This document shows positions 23,299-28,851 of a stretch of 28,851 nt of DNA, piece after piece. The notes beneath the pieces are model-generated. The model was not told where the DNA came from, made no database searches, and saw only the letters and a list, made by a program, of their open reading frames with translations. Made by a program: the position numbers and the translations under genes. Positions within the stretch are counted from its first letter, which is position 1, and every line of letters starts with the position of its first letter. Source of the stretch: a virus (lineage: Duplodnaviria > Caudoviricetes); IMG/VR virus record IMGVR_UViG_3300027804_000176, positions 1 through 28,851 of that record; one strand, written 5' to 3'.

Positions 23299-26200
23299 AT
23301 GGCAAACCAGTCAATAACACAACTACCCGTCGCCGGCGCGCTCACCGGCGAAGAGGTGACCGTTGTCGTCCAGCGCGGTGTCACCAAGCAAACCGCACTA
23401 CAAAATGTTTCAAATCTTGGCGGACCCACCGGACCAACAGGACCAGTCGGCCCCACCGGCCCCACCGGGCCACAAGGACCGACGGGAAGCACAGGCGCGC
23501 CGTCTAATGTGACAGGCCCCACCGGACCGCAAGGAGACATCGGACCCACCGGCCCAACCGGGCCGACAGGCGCAGCGTCAAGTGTGGTAGGCCCCACAGG
23601 GCCCACGGGCGCGCAGGGATCAACAGGCCCCACAGGGCCCACCGGGCCGCTAGGTAACACTGGCGGCATAGGCCCACAAGGCCCCGTCGGCTCAACAGGG
23701 CCAACAGGACCCACCGGACCAGTGGGACCTCAGGGACCGCAGGGCTCAATTGGCCCCACCGGAGACACCGGACCAACAGGGCCTCAGGGGTACTCGTCTA
23801 GTTTATTTTTATACAACGCAAAAACTACAATTACAAGTGGCAACCCGGGCGCTGGTTTTATTATTTGGAACAACTCCGCGCAAACCAGCTCGACGCAGAT
23901 TAATATTCAGCACCTAACAAGTAATAATATTGACATTGATATTTTCTTGGCAACATTAGAAAATACCGAAGTCATCACGATCCAAGACCAAGCCGTTAGT
24001 GGAAACTTTCAGACCTGGACAATCAACGGCACGCCGACAAACATCAACCCCAACACAGTAAATAGTTACTGGACGGTGCCGGTAACGTTGACTGCCTCGG
24101 GCGGCACGGGGGCAACCAACTTCGCCAATAACTTGCCAATATTCTTGGCGATAGTTAGCGGCGCCCAGGGACCCACCGGACCGCAAGGCCCAACCGGCCC
24201 AACAGGTCCGACAGGCCCAACCGGGGCCACACCGGCAATCGGCGGATCTAACACGCAGATTCAGTACAATAACGCCGGTTCATTGGGTGGGGTGCCGCTG
24301 CTGACATACAACGGCACAACGTTGGCAATGACCGGCTCAACCATCAACAACACCTCTATCGGTGCTACTACCCCGTCTACGGGCGTATTTACTACTGTAG
24401 ACATTGCCACTAGTGGGACAGACGCACAAGTAGCCCCAAACACAGGCATTGCTGGCTGGAATTACTCAGGTTTAAGTAAATTTATTGGTGCTGAGGAAAA
24501 TGCTCCTACTGGACTGTTTATTAGCCCCGATGGTTTAAATATGTATGTCAACGGCACAACTGGCGATGATATAAACCAATATACGCTATCAACTGCATGG
24601 GATGTATCAACAGCTACTTTTGTAAGGTTGTTTTCTACTGCATCACAAGATTCCGCACCAGCAGATATTTTCTTTAAACCTGATGGTTTATCCATGTTTA
24701 TTATGGGCGGTACTAACGATACTGTGTTTCAATACACATTATCATCTGCTTTTGATATTTCTACTGCATCCTACGCATCTAAGTCGTTTAGTGTAACTTC
24801 CCAAGACACTAACCCAAATGGTTTATGGTTTAAACCTGACGGGACAATTATGTATATTGTTGGCTCAACAAACGATACAGTATTTCAATATACTTTAGGA
24901 ACGGCTTGGGATGTTTCAACTGCTTCTTACGCAAGTATTTCGTTTAGTGTTGCATCTCAAGAAACAGTTCCAAACCAAGTAAACCTAAGTGCTGATGGCT
25001 TAACCATGTGGATTACTGGTACTGCTGGTGATGATATTAACGAATACACACTAGGAACTGCTTGGAATGTCAGTACCGCTACCTTTGTAAATAACTTTTA
25101 TGTTGGCTTTCAAGATATTGCACCTACAGGTTTGTTTATTGATTCTACTGCCGCCAATCGTGTTTACATAGTTGGTCAAACAAATGACACAGTATTTCAA
25201 TACAACACCGCAACTAGCTCAATAAGTGCAGTAACCGATGTATTTAACACGACTAACAACGCTAGGGTACAAGGTAACTTAGCAGTACAAGGTAGTGCTT
25301 ATGTAGATGGATTGCAAACTGTTCAGGGAGTTTCTACTTTTAACGGTTCTACTACTTTTAATAGTGGATTAACTAGCACTTCAACAACAACTCTTGCTGT
25401 AGCAACAGGCTCACAATCTTCTGCTTTTGGTTCGGGGGCAACAGTATCAGGTTCTACTAAAACATTGAGCTTTGGAACAAATGGCGTATCAGGCTCTACT
25501 ACTACTATTACTATTGGGTCTGCGGTATCAGGCTCGCTTGGAACGACTACTATTCAAGCGCCCACAGTTAACATTGGACAGACAGCTACACAGTTCCAAG
25601 TAACTAACACAGCATCCGCAGTTAATTATGTACAAACAACTGGCTCACTTACTGGCTTTGGTGCTAAATTACTTTCCGCTGGAACAGACACTAACATCCC
25701 ATTAGTCTTACAACCAAAAGGCACAGGCGCCCTACAAGCACAACAAACAGACTCTACTGCTACAGGTGGTAATGCTAGGGGTGCTAATGCTGTTGATTGG
25801 TCTACTTCAAGAGCAGCCGCTTCAAATGTGGCAAGTGGCGCATATTCTACTTTAGCTGGTGGTTATGGTAATACTGCGAGTGGTGCTTATTCCATAATTA
25901 GTGGTGGATTAAGTAATGCAACTTCCGCTACTGGTTCGTCAGTTTTAGGTGGAAATCAAAATTCAGCTGGTGGTACTTATTCATCAATTGCTGGTGGTAA
26001 TATAAATACTGCAAATGGCTATTTTAATTTTATTGGCGGTGGTTTTACTAATAGTGGAACTTCGTCTTCTGCGGTAACCACGCAAAGCGGTACAATGAAC
26101 GGCACAACAGCCGTAACGCTGTCAGGTTCAAATGCTTCAATTAAAGTAGGACAACTAATAACTGGCACAAGTATTGCAAACTTTACTTATGTAGCCGCCA

Positions 26201-27180
26201 TATCAGGAACAAGCCTTACCCTTTCTCAAGCAGCATCAGGCTCATCTACAAGCACTCTATCTTTCTTTACTCCTCATGGAGTAGTAGTAGGCGGTGGTAA
26301 TAACCAAGCTACAGGTAGTTATTCATTTATCGGTGGTGGTGGTGATGCTGGTACTGCGGCATATAGAAACAGAGCATCAGGTGATTGGGCGGCTATTGCT
26401 GGTGGTAGGACTGGATTAGCAAGCGGACAGTTTTCATTTATTGGTGGTGGTTATGGTGGCACTGCATCTGGTTCAGGTGCAGTAGTATGTGGTGGCGGTC
26501 TTTACGGAACAGACGGATATTATTTTAATACATCAAGTGGTCAGTCATCTTTTTTAGGTGCTGGATATGGAAATACTGCCGCAGGATACTGTTCTTCAAT
26601 AGTTGGTGGCGCAAGTAATAACACTTCTTTAAACTTTTCGTTTATTGGGTGTGGTAGTAATAACACAGCAAACGGCTCAAATTCTGGAATTATTGCTGGT
26701 GCTTACGGCAGCACTAGAAGCATAGAAGGAAACCATGTATTTCCAGCAGTTTATCCAATAGCTCAAGCATCAGGTGTATCTCAAGCAGGTTTACTTGTAT
26801 TAGGAGTTCAAACCACAGATGCTACAGCAACAGCATTGCGGTCTAACACATCAGCCGCAGGAACAACAAACCAAGTAATACTACCTAACAACTCTGCCTA
26901 TTACTTCAAAGGCTCGTGTATTGCCAATGTGACTGGTGCGGCTAATGGTGCGGCATGGTCTTTTGAAGGTGCAATTATGCGTGGTGCTAACGCAGCATCT
27001 ACAGTCCTAATCGACACCCCATCGGTTAATCGTGTAGCGGCATCTGCTGGTGCAACAGCTTGGGTTTTAGCAATTACTGCTGATACAACCAACGGCGGAC
27101 TTACTGTAACTGTAACAGGCGTAGCATCCACTACGATACGCTGGGTCGCTAAGGTAGAAACAACTGAGGTAACATTCTAA
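23299..27180 (+). CDS. Long fibre/receptor-binding protein: collagen repeats, beta-propeller-like repeats, Gly-rich beta-solenoid
   Basis: (GPT/GPQ)n at about 23420-23790 and 24165-24230; repeated PDG..M...G.T.D...QYTL..AWDVSTA units; repeated ASG.YS...GG..N units. Confidence 0.85.
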   Translation: MANQSITQLPVAGALTGEEVTVVVQRGVTKQTALQNVSNLGGPTGPTGPVGPTGPTGPQGPTGSTGAPSNVTGPTGPQGDIGPTGPTGPTGAASSVVGPTGPTGAQGSTGPTGPTGPLGNTGGIGPQGPVGSTGPTGPTGPVGPQGPQGSIGPTGDTGPTGPQGYSSSLFLYNAKTTITSGNPGAGFIIWNNSAQTSSTQINIQHLTSNNIDIDIFLATLENTEVITIQDQAVSGNFQTWTINGTPTNINPNTVNSYWTVPVTLTASGGTGATNFANNLPIFLAIVSGAQGPTGPQGPTGPTGPTGPTGATPAIGGSNTQIQYNNAGSLGGVPLLTYNGTTLAMTGSTINNTSIGATTPSTGVFTTVDIATSGTDAQVAPNTGIAGWNYSGLSKFIGAEENAPTGLFISPDGLNMYVNGTTGDDINQYTLSTAWDVSTATFVRLFSTASQDSAPADIFFKPDGLSMFIMGGTNDTVFQYTLSSAFDISTASYASKSFSVTSQDTNPNGLWFKPDGTIMYIVGSTNDTVFQYTLGTAWDVSTASYASISFSVASQETVPNQVNLSADGLTMWITGTAGDDINEYTLGTAWNVSTATFVNNFYVGFQDIAPTGLFIDSTAANRVYIVGQTNDTVFQYNTATSSISAVTDVFNTTNNARVQGNLAVQGSAYVDGLQTVQGVSTFNGSTTFNSGLTSTSTTTLAVATGSQSSAFGSGATVSGSTKTLSFGTNGVSGSTTTITIGSAVSGSLGTTTIQAPTVNIGQTATQFQVTNTASAVNYVQTTGSLTGFGAKLLSAGTDTNIPLVLQPKGTGALQAQQTDSTATGGNARGANAVDWSTSRAAASNVASGAYSTLAGGYGNTASGAYSIISGGLSNATSATGSSVLGGNQNSAGGTYSSIAGGNINTANGYFNFIGGGFTNSGTSSSAVTTQSGTMNGTTAVTLSGSNASIKVGQLITGTSIANFTYVAAISGTSLTLSQAASGSSTSTLSFFTPHGVVVGGGNNQATGSYSFIGGGGDAGTAAYRNRASGDWAAIAGGRTGLASGQFSFIGGGYGGTASGSGAVVCGGGLYGTDGYYFNTSSGQSSFLGAGYGNTAAGYCSSIVGGASNNTSLNFSFIGCGSNNTANGSNSGIIAGAYGSTRSIEGNHVFPAVYPIAQASGVSQAGLLVLGVQTTDATATALRSNTSAAGTTNQVILPNNSAYYFKGSCIANVTGAANGAAWSFEGAIMRGANAASTVLIDTPSVNRVAASAGATAWVLAITADTTNGGLTVTVTGVASTTIRWVAKVETTEVTF

Positions 27181-28697
27181 TGACTATTCAATACGACAAC
27201 CTAAACAGCACTATCTCTGCGGTAGGCTCTGCCACTAACATACCGATTAACATCCAACCAAAAGGCACAGGCGCACTACAAGCCCAACAAACAGACTCTA
27301 CCGCTACTGGTGGTAATGCTCGTGGAGCTAGTTCTGTTGATTTACAAAGAGTAAGAGGAAGCGCAAGTCAAGTAGCTTCAGGACAATATTCTGTAGTTGG
27401 GGGCGGTAACTCTAATACTGGTTCTGCTTATGGCGGTTTTATTGGAGGAGGCGAAGCAAATACAGCGTCAGGATATGATTCTGTTTGTGTTGCTGGTGCA
27501 TCAAACCAAGCAAGTGCTGGGTATACTTTTGCTGGGGGTGGTTTAAATAATTTAGCTACAGGAAGTAATGCTGTTGTGGTTGGTGGTTATTTTAATACGG
27601 CATCAGGTTTTAACACTTTTATAGGCGGTGGTGAAAGAAACTCAGGAGCATCTAGTAGCGCAGTAACTACTCAAACAACTACTACCGTTACAAACGGTTC
27701 TACTGCCGTTACATTGTCAGGTTCTAACGCTAGTATCAAGGTTGGACAATTAATTGGTGGCACAGGAATGGTTTCTTACCCTAACCAAACCTATGTTGCT
27801 GCAATATCAGGAACTTCATTAACATTATCTCAAAATGCAAATGCAAGCGGTTCTCCAACCCTATCTTTTTATACACCAAACAGTGTTGTAGTCGGTGGCG
27901 GTAACAATCAGGCAACTGGCTCATATAGCTTCATAGGTGGTGGTGGTGATGCTGGTACTGCTAGTTTACGAAATACAGCATCAGGGGATTGGTCAGTAGT
28001 TTGTGGTGGTCAAAGAAACACGGCTAGTGGAATTGCTTCTTTTGTTGGTAGTGGTGGAACTCTTCCCCCTTTTGGGACTTTTCCAAACACCGCTTCAGGA
28101 AATGCCGCATCTATTGTTGGAGGGTATCAAAACACAGCTTCAAATCAAGGTACTTTTATTGGTGCTGGGTATACAAATATTGCAAATGGTGTGTATTCAG
28201 CAATCATGGGTGGTGCTTTTGGCACGGCTAGAAGTATTACTGGAAATCATGTTTTTGCTGCTTGTGAAAACCCTACAAATTCTTTTACTTCAGGTGCATC
28301 TCAAGCAGCTTTATTAGTTCTTGGTGTTCAAACTACCGATGCTACAGCTACAGCATTACGCTCAACAACAGCAGCCGCAGGAACAACAAACCAAGTAATC
28401 TTGCCAAACAACTCTGCTTACTTCTTTAGAGGTGAAGTTATCTCAGGAGTAACTGGCGGTGGAGATACTAAAGGCTGGACTATCGAGGGTGTAATTAAAC
28501 GAGGTGCTAATGCTGCAGCTACTACCCTTGTTGGAGTTACAGTAATGTCTTCTTACGCTGATGTAGGTGCGGCAACATGGACTATTGCAGTAACAGCAGA
28601 TACGACCAATGGTGGTTTAAGAGTTACCTTTACTGGACAAGCAGGAACTACAATTAGAACCGTAGCACAAATCCGTACAACCGAAATGACTTATTAA
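27180..28697 (+). CDS. Second fibre protein, paralogue of the C-terminal part of 23299..27180
   Basis: Shared blocks [85 protein letters not shown]; TAATG coupling. Confidence 0.85.
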   Translation: MTIQYDNLNSTISAVGSATNIPINIQPKGTGALQAQQTDSTATGGNARGASSVDLQRVRGSASQVASGQYSVVGGGNSNTGSAYGGFIGGGEANTASGYDSVCVAGASNQASAGYTFAGGGLNNLATGSNAVVVGGYFNTASGFNTFIGGGERNSGASSSAVTTQTTTTVTNGSTAVTLSGSNASIKVGQLIGGTGMVSYPNQTYVAAISGTSLTLSQNANASGSPTLSFYTPNSVVVGGGNNQATGSYSFIGGGGDAGTASLRNTASGDWSVVCGGQRNTASGIASFVGSGGTLPPFGTFPNTASGNAASIVGGYQNTASNQGTFIGAGYTNIANGVYSAIMGGAFGTARSITGNHVFAACENPTNSFTSGASQAALLVLGVQTTDATATALRSTTAAAGTTNQVILPNNSAYFFRGEVISGVTGGGDTKGWTIEGVIKRGANAAATTLVGVTVMSSYADVGAATWTIAVTADTTNGGLRVTFTGQAGTTIRTVAQIRTTEMTY

Positions 28698-28708
28698 GGA
28701 GCAATATC

Positions 28709-28851
28709 ATGGCATTAAAACTATCTGTACAAACCCAATTTGGCGTACCAGCCCCACAAGCCTACGCTAGAATCACTAACTTCTTTGGCACTAAAGACCA
28801 AATCCAAGTCCAAGTCGCTATTCATTATGACGAGTCGGCAAGGCATGGCAA
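28709..28851 (+). CDS. Partial ORF (MALKLSVQTQFGVPAPQAYARI...), possible fibre-associated protein or chaperone
   Basis: AAGGAG SD; open to the window end. Confidence 0.65.
   Translation, partial: MALKLSVQTQFGVPAPQAYARITNFFGTKDQIQVQVAIHYDESARHG

Noticed and set aside
11194-28317. Many antisense or alternate-frame ORFs inside structural genes
   Set aside because: Shadows of long real genes and of Gly/Pro/Thr repeats; no independent SD or protein motifs
25711-28697. Diversity-generating retroelement template/variable repeat pair
   Set aside because: Both copies are long coding regions, differences are not confined to adenines, and no reverse transcriptase is in the window

Overview
A 28.9-kb piece of a tailed dsDNA phage genome (podovirus-like head module; probably a proteobacterial host, inferred from the regulator boxes). 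It has two divergent arms. The left arm (minus strand, 1-9552) holds many small early genes, a sigma70-family factor that ends before region 4, and a primase-polymerase/SF3 helicase. The right arm (plus strand, 10591-end) holds an extein-less degenerate intein-like gene, terminase large subunit, portal, GroES-like co-chaperonin, scaffold, major capsid protein, virion proteins and two paralogous fibre proteins. Most of the unusual signal is non-coding. (1) Three type II hammerhead ribozymes each sit between a stop codon and the next ribosome-binding site in the early operon. (2) About 500 bp between the arms is packed with matches to unrelated host regulator operators (MraZ, HrcA/CIRCE, NtrC and others). 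(3) Five copies of a phage promoter motif TGCATTAGT occur, four with an exactly spaced GGGC at -35, although the phage sigma lacks a -35-binding domain. (4) Two copies of an origin-like element lie 6980 bp apart, with direct-repeat flanks and a flipped 62-bp core. (5) A 5' leader after the capsid gene has two possible pseudoknots. All calls come from reading the sequence by eye; no searches or folding programs were run.
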